Assembly: GCA_041937175.2 (NCBI GenBank)
Contig: CP166615.1
Coordinates: 2,528,001-2,592,000, forward strand
Source of the DNA: Limnothrix sp. BL-A-16
Lineage (GTDB): Bacteria; Cyanobacteriota; Cyanobacteriia; CACIAM-69d
DNA: 64,000 nucleotides
Reading direction: 5' to 3'
Shown: one piece after another, positions 42,418 to 54,558 of the stretch
How positions within the stretch are numbered: the first letter of the stretch is position 1
Layout: each line of letters begins with the position of its first letter
The notes under the pieces: model-generated
The model's input: the letters and a program-made list of their open reading frames with translations, nothing else
What the model was told of the DNA's origin: nothing
Database searches by the model: none
Made by a program: the position numbers and the translations under genes

Positions 42418-42649
42418 GGGCTTACTGCACCGGCAGATTCTAGATATTCGATGGGGTCATAAAATGTCACGGTCTATAACTATACGGATGTGCTGTTACC
42501 TTTGTCAATGAAGCGTAGCTAGGTTGACAGCTTTCTGGGAATGGCTTCGCTAGGTGGGCTTTTCGTCAAAGTTCGCCGTCCCTTGGCCGGTGCGGTGGTC
42601 ATGGTTTCGAGACGATCGCCCTCAACCCTCAACCAAACGAATCGATCGG

Positions 42650-42991
42650 CTACGATTCGCCATGATCGAAGGAGTGCCCACAACTGCAATTGTTGCGAGC
42701 ATTGGGGTTTTGGAACCGAAAATTACCACCCACCAGATCTTCGGAATAGTCGATCGTCAAGCCTCGTAGGTAGGGCAAATCATGGTCGCGCACGATCGCC
42801 CGCCAGCCATCTCCTTCAAGGGCCTGTTCATCAGGGGCGATCGCCTGGCTCGGTGGGTGGAACTGCAAGACATAGGTCAGGGAGCGACATCCTCCCGATC
42901 GCACCTCCAGCCGAAACCAGCCTTGTTCCAGTCCCCATTGTTGAGCAAGGCGGTGAACTTCAGCTTGGGCCGCAGCAGACAGAACCAACAT
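42650..42991 (-). CDS. HesB/IscA-family Fe-S assembly accessory protein
   Basis: SGGC, FRFQNPNA..CSCGHSF. Confidence 0.9.
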   Translation of the reverse strand: MLVLSAAAQAEVHRLAQQWGLEQGWFRLEVRSGGCRSLTYVLQFHPPSQAIAPDEQALEGDGWRAIVRDHDLPYLRGLTIDYSEDLVGGNFRFQNPNARNNCSCGHSFDHGES

Positions 42992-43212
42992 GGATAGTCA
43001 ACAGAATTTTTGAGAAATGGTTTAAAAAATGCGATCAACGAAGTGTGATTTGGCTCGCCAAACGCCTTAGCCAGCCCTGAAACCATTGCCATCGCAGCAA
43101 CATTCACGATCTCAGGCAGACCCAAGCGAACGGACTCAATTCAAGAGCAGAGCAAGCCAAAATCAGGGCAAGCCAAATCAAAACAAATCAAAATCGAATC
43201 GAAGCAATGGCC

Positions 43213-43635
43213 CTACTTAGCAGCAGGAGTCCGGGCGTAATCATCCTGAAAACGAACAATATCGTCTTCGCCCAAATATTCCCCATTCTGCACTTCAATC
43301 AACACCAGGGGAATAGTGCCGGGGTTCTCCAGCCGGTGGGCAGTGCATTGGGGAACGTAGGTGGACTGATTGGGCGTGAGCATAATCTCGTTGTCGCCAC
43401 AAACCACACGCGCCGTGCCTGAGACAACGATCCAGTGCTCGCTGCGGTGGTGATGCATCTGTAGGCTCAGGCGATGGCCAGGGCTAACCTCAATGCGCTT
43501 GATTTTGTAGCCGCGTCCCTCTTCTAGCACCGTGAAAGATCCCCAGGGCCGTGCCTCGGTTTGGTTCGTGCTGAGGCCATTTTTTGGAACAACGCCGTTC
43601 TCGGTCTCGGGGGTTTGAGTTTTTGTTGCAGCCAC
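43213..43635 (-). CDS. Type II phosphomannose isomerase C-terminal cupin protein
   Basis: RPWGSF, LSLQMHHHRSEHW, EVQNGEYLGEDDIVRF. Confidence 0.92.
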   Translation of the reverse strand: MAATKTQTPETENGVVPKNGLSTNQTEARPWGSFTVLEEGRGYKIKRIEVSPGHRLSLQMHHHRSEHWIVVSGTARVVCGDNEIMLTPNQSTYVPQCTAHRLENPGTIPLVLIEVQNGEYLGEDDIVRFQDDYARTPAAK

Positions 43636-44195
43636 CGTACTGTCCTCGTTGAGTGTGGGTGTTCAGTTGCCTAAGTTGACGCAGCTAAGTTGACGCAGTG
43701 TTGATGCAGTTCAGCTTCCTTTGCCGCTGAACCCCCTGACCATCCCTCTGTTTCGAGTATAGGCGAGGAATTTTGAGGCGAAAATAGTCCCCCTACTCAG
43801 CACTAACCCTCTCCAAACCCGTCAGCACCCGCGCGATCGCCCCAGATCTATCCCCCAGCGGCATCGCCCTGTTGAGTCGCCCTGTTGCGCCGCCCAGTGG
43901 TAGCCAATTCGTAAAACCAGAGCGTCCCGATCGCCCGATTATTTCCCAGCTCCTCGATCCCCAACCTCGGGATTCGATCGCCCCCCAGGGATTCACAGTG
44001 ACCTGTGGCGCATCGGTGATAATCTGATACTTGGCAAAAATACCGATGAAGGCGCGCTGGCGTACCTTCAGTGCGGTTCGCCCCGTTAACACCGAGTTTG
44101 AAAAACCGCTCGCACCCCAATCAGCGATCGTCCGGTGCCTCCCACCAAGACAGCGCGATCACTGGATTTGCGAGCAAGCCAACCCAGATCATTGA

Positions 44196-45671
<1,476 letters not shown>

Positions 45672-45778
45672 TTTTTAAATCGCGCTGCGGAATGCGGGGG
45701 CTGGGTTAACCGGTCTCCGCTGCCGCTGGTGTTGTTTGTTCACGGTGTTGCAATTCCGCTCGATCGAGCCAAGAGGTT

Positions 45779-46180
45779 ATGAGCTTAACAGTTCGTGTTA
45801 TTTCCCCAGACAAGACCGTTTGGGATAACCAGGCAGAGGAAGTGATCCTGCCGAGTACCACAGGACAGTTAGGCATCCTGCCCGGTCACGCGCCGCTGTT
45901 GACGGCGTTGGGCACGGGGGTGATGCGTGTTCGGGTCAGTAAGGATTGGTTACCGATCGCCCTGATGGGTGGCTTTGCCGAAATTGAAGATAACGAAGTG
46001 ACGGTGCTGGTGAATGGAGCCGAACGGGGTGACTCGATCGACCGTTCCGCCGCCCAAGCGGAATATACCGACGCAGAAGCTCGGGTCGCTGCCGCTAACA
46101 GTCCTCAAGAGAAAATTAAGGCAACCCAAGCCCTCAAACGCGCCCGTGCTCGGGTGCAGGCGGCTGGTGGCACGGTTTAG
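45779..46180 (+). CDS. atpC: ATP synthase F1 epsilon subunit
   Basis: [23 protein letters not shown]; follows atpD. Confidence 0.97.
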   Translation: MSLTVRVISPDKTVWDNQAEEVILPSTTGQLGILPGHAPLLTALGTGVMRVRVSKDWLPIALMGGFAEIEDNEVTVLVNGAERGDSIDRSAAQAEYTDAEARVAAANSPQEKIKATQALKRARARVQAAGGTV

Positions 46181-46277
46181 ACCGCCAACCAATTTTCATA
46201 TTTTCTCGATCTCAATATCTATTTGTTGATGATCTTGATTATTCAGATCAACGAAACGATTGGATTGACTCATCCAG

Positions 46278-46312
46278 AGCGGGGTAGGGCTAAGCCTATC
46301 CCGCTTTTCTTT
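46278..46312 (+). terminator. Rho-independent terminator of atpDC
   Basis: AGCGGGGTAGG..CCTATCCCGCT-TTTCTTT. Confidence 0.75.
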
Positions 46313-46440
46313 ATCCTGTTCCGATCTCGCTTCTATCCATCTCGCTTTTAATGAGAAGAGGCAACTTTGCTCACCAGTCGCGGGGATCCCGTCGGTCTTC
46401 GCGTCAGGGTTTTGGTAATCTCCTCCGAACGATCAAAATC

Positions 46441-46917
46441 ATGCAAATTTCAGGTTTATTGCGGACGATCGGGCAGCAACTGAGCAAACGGCTGGGGCAA
46501 TGGGGCGCGATCGGCCTGTTGGGCCTGTTGATGTGGCTGATGGTTCCCACGGGCGCGGCCCAAGCCCTCACCAATATCAAGCTGTCGGATTTGAACTATC
46601 GAGAATGCCCGGCTGAAGTGGCCGCTGGGGCCGTCACCTCTGGCGGGGCAACGTTGCCGGCCAAGTGCTTCATTGTCTATGGCAAAGCAAACAACACCAC
46701 AGGCAAAACGGTGTTTGATGCGGATATCTTTGGGCGAATTTATGACGCGACGGACAATTCCATCATGGAAAATCGCACCCGTTTAGGCGCGATCGAACAG
46801 ATTCCGCCCGGCGTGAGCGAATTTGAGTTTCGGATTTCTGTGCCCGTCAGCCAACCGGAACCGCTCCAGCTCAAGCAATTTAAGGCAGCAGGGTTCACCG
46901 CTCGTGTGCGCCGTTAG
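46441..46917 (+). CDS. Conserved cyanobacterial exported hypothetical protein
   Basis: Signal peptide (..AQA), Cys pair, DADIFGRIYDA..NRTRLG, LQLKQFKAAGF. Confidence 0.7.
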   Translation: MQISGLLRTIGQQLSKRLGQWGAIGLLGLLMWLMVPTGAAQALTNIKLSDLNYRECPAEVAAGAVTSGGATLPAKCFIVYGKANNTTGKTVFDADIFGRIYDATDNSIMENRTRLGAIEQIPPGVSEFEFRISVPVSQPEPLQLKQFKAAGFTARVRR

Positions 46918-47163
46918 TATGGTTACCCACCCTTGGGATGAATCTTGGGATCAAGTTGAAAGATGACTGTCTAGTCGCCACAACAAGTCCTAAATAACAG
47001 CAAAAACGACAGCAAAGGAGGGGCCAGTTCTGAAACTTGCCCCTCCTCGATGACATGGGTTAATTGAGCTAGCCAGCTCGATCCATCAAACTAATCCAAT
47101 CAATCAAGCCAGTCGAACTAATTCACTCAGCCGAAGCGATCAAGCAAGCCAATCAAGCAGTTG

Positions 47164-47694
47164 TTACGACTGCACCGACTTCAAGTAAGCCAGCATCGTA
47201 TCAGCATCAGAAACTTCAAAAGGATCGCTGGGAGCATTGTCCCCATAGCCAGGTTCAATGAACATTTTTTCGATCGCGCCGTCATTTACCACCATGGAAT
47301 AGCGCCAAGAACGCATCCCAAACCCCAGATTGGACTTGTCCACCAACATGCCCATCTTGCGAGTAAATTCCCCATTACCATCGGGCAACAGGAAGACATT
47401 CTGGGCGTTTTGTTGCTTGCCCCACTGGAACATCACAAAAGCATCATTCACCGACAAACAAATCACCGCATCCACACCCAGGCTCTTGATTTCCTCATAG
47501 AGTTCTTCATAGCGCGGCAGATGGCTGGTGGAACAGGTGGGCGTGAAAGCACCCGGCAGGGAGAACAACACAACGCGCTTGCCACCGAAGAGGTCTTGGG
47601 TGCTGAGATCTTGCCAACGGAAGGGGTTAGGGCCCGGCACGGACTCATCGCGGACACGGGTTTTGAACACAACATCGGGGACACGATCGAGCAT
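47164..47694 (-). CDS. Type II (Prx5-like) peroxiredoxin
   Basis: [27 protein letters not shown]. Confidence 0.95.
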   Translation of the reverse strand: MLDRVPDVVFKTRVRDESVPGPNPFRWQDLSTQDLFGGKRVVLFSLPGAFTPTCSTSHLPRYEELYEEIKSLGVDAVICLSVNDAFVMFQWGKQQNAQNVFLLPDGNGEFTRKMGMLVDKSNLGFGMRSWRYSMVVNDGAIEKMFIEPGYGDNAPSDPFEVSDADTMLAYLKSVQS

Positions 47695-47736
47695 GGTGGT
47701 GACTTCCTTATACGTAGAACGGCACTTCGCCTAAAC

Positions 47737-47751
47737 TCATAATGATTATGA
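47737..47751. promoter_or_regulatory. PerR/Fur-type 7-1-7 operator
   Basis: Perfect inverted repeat TCATAAT-G-ATTATGA about 43 bp upstream of the peroxiredoxin start. Confidence 0.7.
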
Positions 47752-47987
47752 CTTACAAGAAAGAATTTGACAAGGGACAGGCCCTGGTTAATGGCCAATG
47801 CGCCCCCGACCGATGCAAGGGATGTTAGTCGCTACAATCAAACAATCAATGCAGCGCCCTGAAAGCGTTGCTGATTTAGCCGTTGCAATCGTAGGCATTG
47901 CGATCCTGGGCCAGGACGCGGGGACTAAATTTCGTTGAAATTGTTGCAATTGTTGAAATTAGGGCACATGACATTGGGGCACAAGTA

Positions 47988-48410
47988 ATGAATTTTTTGG
48001 ATTCGGATGATGATCCGCCTCTCCAAATTAACGTCACGCCCATGGTAGATGTGATTTTTGCAATTCTGGCGTTTTTTGTGGTGGCGACGGCTTTTTTGAC
48101 CCGATCGCGTGGTTTGCCGGTGAACTTGCCCAGCGCTGCCACGGGCCAAGCCCAAACCCAGTCAATGCCGGTGGTGACGGTGGATGCGGCGGGGAATTTG
48201 GCAGTCGATCGACAGCCGATCCCGATCGAGCAATTACCCACCCTGGTGCAGACAAAGTTGGGGCCGAGCAACCCAGAACAGCCCATGCGCACTGTAGCCA
48301 TTGAGGCCGATCGAGCCGTGAGCCACGGGCGCGTGGTGGAAGTGATGGATCGGTTGCGTCAAATCCCCAACCTGCAATTGGCGATCGCGACGCGATCGGG
48401 CAACCCCTAG
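47988..48410 (+). CDS. exbD: Biopolymer transport protein ExbD/TolR
   Basis: INVTPMVDVIFAILAFF, LPVNLP, ADRAVSHGRVVEVMD. Confidence 0.9.
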   Translation: MNFLDSDDDPPLQINVTPMVDVIFAILAFFVVATAFLTRSRGLPVNLPSAATGQAQTQSMPVVTVDAAGNLAVDRQPIPIEQLPTLVQTKLGPSNPEQPMRTVAIEADRAVSHGRVVEVMDRLRQIPNLQLAIATRSGNP

Positions 48411-48569
48411 CCCCAAGAGTCCGAACCCCAAGATTCCGAGCCATGGCGATCCAAGCCCCAACAGTTCGCGCTATGGCATTAATGGCATTATTTGGGAAGA
48501 ATCGCGGCAGACCACTGCGCTGATTCTGATTAGATCTCCTCTCTTCATCATCGTTTAGGCTCACCTGCC

Positions 48570-49115
48570 ATGCGCGATCGCCTTGAACCTGCTCCCTACC
48601 TTCCCCGTGTGCCCCTGTGGCGACGTGGTGCGGCCACGGCGATCGATGCGGTCATTGCGGGATTGTTCAGCAGCCTGTTGGGGGCCGGGTTTGAACTGCC
48701 GGTTTTTGTGATCCTGTGGCTCTTGGTACGAGTGGTGATGGTGGCCAATAATCGCGGCCAAAGCATCGGGCGATTGGCCATGGATATCAAACTGGTGAAT
48801 CCCCGCACCCGCCGCCTGCCGACGATGGTGGAGCTGACCCAACGGGAGGGCATCGTGGGCATTGAAGCTTGGTTAGCCTTGCAGGGATTGTCCCTGTTGT
48901 CACAGGTGAACCCGGTGGCGCTGCTTTGTTTGGCTCCAGCCATTGTGGATGGCATTGTGACGGCTACGGATGAAAGCCGCCAACAACAGTCTTTTCACGA
49001 TCGCCTGATTGGGTCGATTGTGGTGCAAACATCTCGGGGGTTTTCCCTCGATTTGAAGGTGCAACGGTGGTATCGTCTCCTGCGCGATCGAACTGAGCGT
49101 TTTATGCGAAGATAG
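48570..49115 (+). CDS. RDD family membrane protein
   Basis: WRRGAATAID, GQSIGRLAMDIK, FHDRLIGSIVV; upstream of rpmG. Confidence 0.85.
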   Translation: MRDRLEPAPYLPRVPLWRRGAATAIDAVIAGLFSSLLGAGFELPVFVILWLLVRVVMVANNRGQSIGRLAMDIKLVNPRTRRLPTMVELTQREGIVGIEAWLALQGLSLLSQVNPVALLCLAPAIVDGIVTATDESRQQQSFHDRLIGSIVVQTSRGFSLDLKVQRWYRLLRDRTERFMRR

Positions 49116-49274
49116 AGTGCTGCAAAACTGCCCGAATCCGTTTGCGGACAAAATCAGCAGTTCTGCTCGATCGGCGATCGCCCCCCGCCTGTTTTGCCCA
49201 GTGCCAATGCGGCGGCGCACGATCGTCCAATCGCAAACCCTTTGCACCGATCGAACCATTAGGAGTCTCCCACC

Positions 49275-49469
49275 GTGGCTAAAGGTAAAGACGTACGGCT
49301 CGTGATCACCTTGGAGTGCACCGAGTGCCGCACCAACACCGACAAGCGCTCGCCCGGCGTGTCGCGCTACACCACCCAGAAAAACCGCCGCAACACCACC
49401 GCGCGCCTGGAACTGAAGAAGTTCTGCACCCACTGCAACAAGCACACGGTGCACCGCGAAATTAAGTAA
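49275..49469 (+). CDS. rpmG: 50S ribosomal protein L33
   Basis: [30 protein letters not shown]. Confidence 0.97.
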   Translation: MAKGKDVRLVITLECTECRTNTDKRSPGVSRYTTQKNRRNTTARLELKKFCTHCNKHTVHREIK

Positions 49470-49621
49470 TTTTTCGCCCTTAACCCAATCCCGGCCCGGA
49501 GCGCTCGATCGCCCCGGCCGTGAATTGTGCAGTCTCGTTATACGAACTCGGTGCGATCGGCTGTTTCCAAGCCGAGCCGCCCGATTCTTCTGAATCACTC
49601 CTGAATCATTAGCGAATCACC

Positions 49622-49837
49622 ATGGCTTACTATCGTCGTCGCGTTTCTCCCCTCAAACCCGAAGAGCCGATCGACTACAAAGATGTTGATCTGCTGCGTC
49701 GCTTCATCACCGAGCGCGGCAAAATCCTGCCCCGCCGTGTCACCGGCCTGACGGCTAAGCAACAACGCGATTTGGCTGTGGCCATCAAGCGCGCCCGCAT
49801 CCTGGCCCTGCTGCCGTTCATCAACAAAGAAGCCTAG
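49622..49837 (+). CDS. rpsR: 30S ribosomal protein S18
   Basis: [23 protein letters not shown]. Confidence 0.98.
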   Translation: MAYYRRRVSPLKPEEPIDYKDVDLLRRFITERGKILPRRVTGLTAKQQRDLAVAIKRARILALLPFINKEA

Positions 49838-49889
49838 ACCACCATTGGGCGCTGAGCACCGAGTACCTAGGGTCTACCGCCAACAATTG

Positions 49890-49985
49890 TCCAAAACCCC
49901 AATCCCACCGTTACCAGCTCACGGGAGATCAGGGGCTTAAGTCCCTTGTTATGACTATTGGGGTGCAGGAAGTCAATTTGGCTTA
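49890..49985 (+). repeat. Degenerate REP/MITE-family copy
   Basis: caggggcttaagtcccttg at 49930-49948; flanks align to the reverse complement of 9790-9900. Confidence 0.65.
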
Positions 49986-49995
49986 AACAGGCTCA

Positions 49996-50028
49996 AAAGG
50001 GGCGATCGACTAGTTCGATCGCCCCTTT
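49996..50028. terminator. Bidirectional terminator between rpsR and the Get3/ArsA gene
   Basis: AAAGGGGCGATCGA-ctagt-TCGATCGCCCCTTT perfect 14-bp stem. Confidence 0.75.
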
Positions 50029-50069
50029 GCTGTATCCAAAATCCGTGAGGCCAGGGGTGAATTCTGGGC

Positions 50070-51176
50070 TTAAAAGGAGATGATCAAGTAGCGATCGCTG
50101 AACTTTGCGCCCTTAACCGATCGCCCGGCTAGGGACGGCGGCAAGAAGATATTGCGGCGTTGTTCGCCCGCTTCGATCGTCACTTCCGGCCCCGATTGGG
50201 TCAGGTGGATTTGCTCCTTGGTGAATCCTGGCAGGAACAGCTTCACCTGTTGGGTGGCCAAGTCGATCTCGATCGGGCGGGGAGCCTGCTGGGCCAAAGT
50301 GGCAAAATCCGGCATCAACGGGATCAATGCATCCCAATTGGGGGTGGCGGTTTGCTCAGGAATCGCCGTCACGGTCAGGGGATCGAAATCTGAGCCGATC
50401 GCCCCTGGATCGCTCGATCGATTCAAAAACAAACCGCCCACCGTCAAACCCGCCTGTTGAGCGCTGCCCCAGAGGTATTGAGCCAAGGCCTGCGAGACCG
50501 AATCGCCATTGGCCACCAGCCAGCCCGCTACCCGACGCGGATCGGCCAACAAATTCCGCCCCCGATCGAGCAAGTCTTGAAACTCACCCAAGGGGCCTTC
50601 CCACGGTGTGCTCGACATGCCGCCACCGCTCAACACCGCCATGGAAATCGGTTGCACAAAGGGCGAAATTGCCTTGGCAAAATCCGACTCCGCCACCACC
50701 TTTTGGAACCGGCGCACATACCAGGACAAAACCTCCGGCGCGCCGATGGTTAGCAGGGTGGCTCGATCACTGTTGCCGTCATAGACGATCGCGTCGTAAT
50801 TTCCCGACGCTTCGTATTGCCGTAGGGTGTTCAACGTCAGCGCCCGATCCATCCCCGGCAGCACGGCCAGCTCTTCGCCATAGACATTGCGGAAAAAGGG
50901 TTGGCGCAAATATTCCGACTCGAGGCGCTTAATTTCATCCCAGCCCCGTTCCAGCAGGGTGGTGGCGGCCGGTTGCACGGCCCAAAGGTTGGAGCCGATC
51001 GCCTGGGGATCCGAACCGATCGCCCCCGTTCCTAACATCATGCCCAGGGTGGGCCCCGCGTCTTGCCCAAACAGCAGCACCCGCTTGCCTTGGTTGGCCA
51101 GGGCCATCGCCGCCGCGATCGCCAGGGTCGATCGCCCCGATCCCCCTTTTCCCAACAGCGTCAGCGTGAAAGCCAC
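50070..51176 (-). CDS. ArsA/Get3-family ATPase with C-terminal alpha-crystallin-like domain (Get3d-type)
   Basis: LGKGGSGRST, ELAVLPGMD, C-terminal LFLPGF..Q.GPEVTIEAGEQRRNIFLP. Confidence 0.88.
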   Translation of the reverse strand: MAFTLTLLGKGGSGRSTLAIAAAMALANQGKRVLLFGQDAGPTLGMMLGTGAIGSDPQAIGSNLWAVQPAATTLLERGWDEIKRLESEYLRQPFFRNVYGEELAVLPGMDRALTLNTLRQYEASGNYDAIVYDGNSDRATLLTIGAPEVLSWYVRRFQKVVAESDFAKAISPFVQPISMAVLSGGGMSSTPWEGPLGEFQDLLDRGRNLLADPRRVAGWLVANGDSVSQALAQYLWGSAQQAGLTVGGLFLNRSSDPGAIGSDFDPLTVTAIPEQTATPNWDALIPLMPDFATLAQQAPRPIEIDLATQQVKLFLPGFTKEQIHLTQSGPEVTIEAGEQRRNIFLPPSLAGRSVKGAKFSDRYLIISF

Positions 51177-51237
51177 GATCGCACTCCTCTAGCGTTGTCG
51201 CCCCCCATTGTGCCAACGATTGCCGGCCGGCGTGTAT

Positions 51238-51699
51238 TTACTGCCGCATCTCGCCCAAAATTTCGATCACCCGCTGAATTTCTGTTTTCAGGCCTGTGAC
51301 ATCTGTTTTTAGGCCCGTGACATCTGCTTTCAGACCCGTGACATCTGCTTTGAGGGCGGTGATGTCACTTTGCATCTGATCCATGCGGGCAAAGGTTTGG
51401 TCAAATAGGCCCAGAAACGTATCGGTGCGATCGTCTACGACCTGCTCCAATTGGGCGATTCGGTTATTTAACCCTTCGGTGGCCTGTTGCAGACTGCTAA
51501 TCGCCAAGCGCAATTCCCCGATCGCCTGTGTGTTGGTGGCGATCGCCTGGGTATTCGCGGCGGTCAGGTCGGCGAGGTGGCTAAACCGCTGATTCCAATC
51601 AAAGGACTGCTGCGTGGTAACGCTGGCCAGGGTGGTGACGTTGATCGTCAGTTGCTGGAGCTGAGCTTCGAGAGTGTTGAGGCGGGTTTCGGTGGTCAT
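51238..51699 (-). CDS. Coiled-coil hypothetical protein with heptad repeats
   Basis: (L)KADVTG x3 from a 21-bp tandem repeat; NTQAI x2. Confidence 0.65.
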   Translation of the reverse strand: MTTETRLNTLEAQLQQLTINVTTLASVTTQQSFDWNQRFSHLADLTAANTQAIATNTQAIGELRLAISSLQQATEGLNNRIAQLEQVVDDRTDTFLGLFDQTFARMDQMQSDITALKADVTGLKADVTGLKTDVTGLKTEIQRVIEILGEMRQ

Positions 51700-51922
51700 G
51701 GGGCGATCGGGGGCTGAGGCGAGGCCGCTACCCCCAGCCTAGCAAGTTCTTGTGGGACGGCGCGGGGTCGATCGATCTCTGGAATCGGCGGTCGTGCTCC
51801 AAGGAGTTGAGCAACAGAATTTTGGGCCCAATCATTTTGGGGCGAATACTGGGGTCAAATAAAAACGCCAGTAAAAACGCCAGCGGAATAACTCCCACTG
51901 GCGTAATTTATTCACTCGTTGC

Positions 51923-52126
51923 TTAGACCGCTTCGAGTTCGTCTTCAAAAAACCAAGTTGCCAAACCACCCGTAAACTCAACGACAACGCCGATGCCGCT
52001 GCCGTCAACCATTTTGTATTCCTTAACCGTACCGACCGGATTTTGTTTAATTTTTTCAACCATCGCGGTGGACATGCGATCGCGAATCCGGCGCACTTTG
52101 ACGCGCTGACCTAGCTCAATCACCAC
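51923..52126 (-). CDS. petP: Cytochrome b6f subunit PetP (DUF2862)
   Basis: GQRVKVRRIRDR, DGSGIGVVVEF, TWFFEDEL. Confidence 0.9.
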   Translation of the reverse strand: MVIELGQRVKVRRIRDRMSTAMVEKIKQNPVGTVKEYKMVDGSGIGVVVEFTGGLATWFFEDELEAV

Positions 52127-52254
52127 TGGAACCGTCTCTAGTAAACTGAATCCACAGCTAATAAGACTACTGCATTTTGACCCGATCGCCGCGCTTGAGA
52201 GATTTGGAGAGAAATCAGCGATCGGGCGATCGGGTTTTGCCTCTTCACAACGGC

Positions 52255-52794
52255 TTAGTCAACCAGCTCAGGACTGGCGGCATGGCGATAGCGCTCCATG
52301 ATCCGCTTTTCGGGGTCAATGCCCTCAAAGGTGGGCGGTAACCAAACCCGCGCCAACAGAATCAGGGTCAAAACCAACAGAAATACACCCGTGGCCAAAA
52401 GTTGCTGCCAGGGCACTTCCAACACGCCTCGCACGATCGACTCTCGGAGCACGGAAACGATCGCCACTTCCACGGCCACCCCGATCGACACACGCTGTTC
52501 TTGCAAGTAAATGATCAGCAGCCGGAACATTTCCACCAAAATCAGCACCGATAGGATATCCGCCGTAATTAGGTGAAAATTTGGGGGTTCCAGCAGGGAG
52601 ATGAAAATGACGCGCAGTTGCACCACCATCACGCCAAATAACCCCAAACAAAGGGACACGGCGATCGCATCTTGCACCCGTTCCAACATCCAGACCAGGC
52701 GCGATCGAAACCTGCCGGTTTCCGTGGCGCGATTACTGGCGGGCAACAACTGGACGGGGGGCAATCGACGGGAGGGGGCTGAGGACAGGTTCAT
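52255..52794 (-). CDS. PsiE-family membrane protein
   Basis: Four TMs, DILSVLILVEMFRLL..YL, EVAIVSVLRE. Confidence 0.85.
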   Translation of the reverse strand: MNLSSAPSRRLPPVQLLPASNRATETGRFRSRLVWMLERVQDAIAVSLCLGLFGVMVVQLRVIFISLLEPPNFHLITADILSVLILVEMFRLLIIYLQEQRVSIGVAVEVAIVSVLRESIVRGVLEVPWQQLLATGVFLLVLTLILLARVWLPPTFEGIDPEKRIMERYRHAASPELVD

Positions 52795-52980
52795 GGCGAT
52801 TTCTCCGGCTTGCTGCGGGCTGTTCTTATTTTGATTATGGGAATCTTATAAATCAACCTCCAATTTATTTGTATTATTTATATTGACGCATCTGCTCAGA
52901 CCACCGGGGCCAAGGTTCATCGCGATCGCGTAGTTTGATCTGTGGCTATTCACGGCTGTTCACCTTCACTCCTCCACCCT

Positions 52981-53781
52981 ATGCTCGCCAAACGGATCGT
53001 TCCCTGCCTCGATGTCAAAGCCGGTCGCGTCGTCAAGGGCGTGAACTTTGTGAATCTGCAAGATGCGGGCGATCCGGTGGAGCTGGCCAGGGCCTACGAT
53101 CGCGCCGGGGCCGATGAGCTGGTGTTTTTGGACATCACGGCCACCCACGAAGATCGCGGGATTATTTTTGATGTGGTCTATGAAACCGCCGAGCAGGTGT
53201 TCATTCCCCTGACCGTGGGCGGCGGCATCAGTGACTTAGAAACGATTAAAAAACTGTTACGGGCCGGAGCCGATAAAATTAGCATCAACTCCTCGGCGGT
53301 GCGGGATCCGGACTTGATCGATCGCGCCAGTGCCCGGTTTGGCAATCAATGCATTGTGGTGGCGATCGATGCCCGCCGCCGCCCCGGAACCGGCGAAAAT
53401 GGTGTGCCCAGCGCCTGGGATGTCTATGTGCGTGGTGGTCGGGAAAATACAGGTTTGGATGCGATCGCCTGGGCCGAAGAAGTGGTGCGGCGCGGCGCGG
53501 GGGAATTACTGGTGACCAGCATGGATGCGGACGGAACCCAGGCGGGCTATGACCTGGAGCTGACCCGAACAATCGCCGATCGCGTGGCCGTGCCGGTGAT
53601 TGCCTCCGGGGGCGCGGGCAACTGTCAACATATCCGCGAAGCTCTGACCGAAGGCAAGGCCGAGGCCGCCCTGCTAGCTTCTTTGTTACATTACGGTCAA
53701 CTCAGCATTGACGAGATTAAGACCGATTTGCAGCAAGCGGGCTTGCCAGTGCGTCACACGGGGGCGATCGCGACTCTGTAG
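52981..53781 (+). CDS. hisF: Imidazole glycerol phosphate synthase cyclase subunit
   Basis: [36 protein letters not shown]. Confidence 0.98.
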   Translation: MLAKRIVPCLDVKAGRVVKGVNFVNLQDAGDPVELARAYDRAGADELVFLDITATHEDRGIIFDVVYETAEQVFIPLTVGGGISDLETIKKLLRAGADKISINSSAVRDPDLIDRASARFGNQCIVVAIDARRRPGTGENGVPSAWDVYVRGGRENTGLDAIAWAEEVVRRGAGELLVTSMDADGTQAGYDLELTRTIADRVAVPVIASGGAGNCQHIREALTEGKAEAALLASLLHYGQLSIDEIKTDLQQAGLPVRHTGAIATL

Positions 53782-53876
53782 AAAACCTTAGGAAACGATA
53801 AATTGCTGGCAGATTGTCAAGATTTCCTTTACAATACGTAAAAACACACTCATAAATCTTGATCTGCACTCTGTCC

Positions 53877-54176
53877 ATGGTTGTCGTTCTGCTGCTGGCG
53901 ATCGCCCTAGTAGCTTGGTCATTGCACCTGATGCAACAGGCCCTCAGCAACAGGGAGTTTTCGCTGATGCTGGCCGGAACCCTCGTTGCTTCAGCAGCGG
54001 CAGCCCTGGTGGTGGTCTACTTCCTGGGCAACAGTTCGCTGCGCTACTTGCTCTCGGTCGATCGCAATGCCTATGCCACCTATAACGTGCCCGTCACCGC
54101 TAGCGATCCTTTAGCCGGGATGCGCCAATCCGCCATCCTCGCCGATTGGGATCGATTGGTGGAGCCTCTGCAATAG
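53877..54176 (+). CDS. Small two-TM hypothetical membrane protein
   Basis: Two hydrophobic helices around REFSLMLAG; followed by a hairpin and T-run. Confidence 0.6.
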   Translation: MVVVLLLAIALVAWSLHLMQQALSNREFSLMLAGTLVASAAAALVVVYFLGNSSLRYLLSVDRNAYATYNVPVTASDPLAGMRQSAILADWDRLVEPLQ

Positions 54177-54260
54177 CAGGATGGTTCCGCCGGTTCCCTG
54201 TTTTTTGCACCCCCAGTGATTGATCATCAAAACCGACCCGCAATTCAGTTGCATTCAAAC

Positions 54261-54313
54261 AAACGAAATCGGCTAGACCTAAGGCAATACAACCGGTCTA
54301 GCCGATTTTGTTT
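54261..54313. repeat. 19-bp inverted repeat (hairpin)
   Basis: AAACGAAATCGGCTAGACC / GGTCTAGCCGATTTTGTTT, one G-U pair, 15-nt loop. Confidence 0.75.
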
Positions 54314-54429
54314 CGAGTTTTTTGGGTTTCGCGCTTCCCGAGGTAGAACTTCAGTTCCGTTGTTTGCGGATCGGGGGCACTGACCAGGCGATCGCCTAAG
54401 GAAAGGATATGTTCCTAGGGTATGTCTCA

Positions 54430-54510
54430 AATTGCCTGAAACCCTGATTCCACAGTGGGCAGATCGTGGGGGGCAAGGGGCTTAAGCCCCTTGTCTGGGA
54501 TGGTTAGCGT
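54430..54510 (+). repeat. REP/MITE-family element copy
   Basis: cctgaaaccctgatt..gatcgtggggggCAAGGGGCTTAAGCCCCTTGtct; palindrome at 54474-54493. Confidence 0.8.
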
Positions 54511-54558
54511 ATGGCAGATCAACCGTTTTTACTGGATCCCAGGAAATGACGACAGACC

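Noticed and set aside
52831..52856. TTGAT...ATCAA upstream of the psiE-like gene as an FNR/CRP-type box
   Set aside because: The spacer is far longer than the canonical 4 nt
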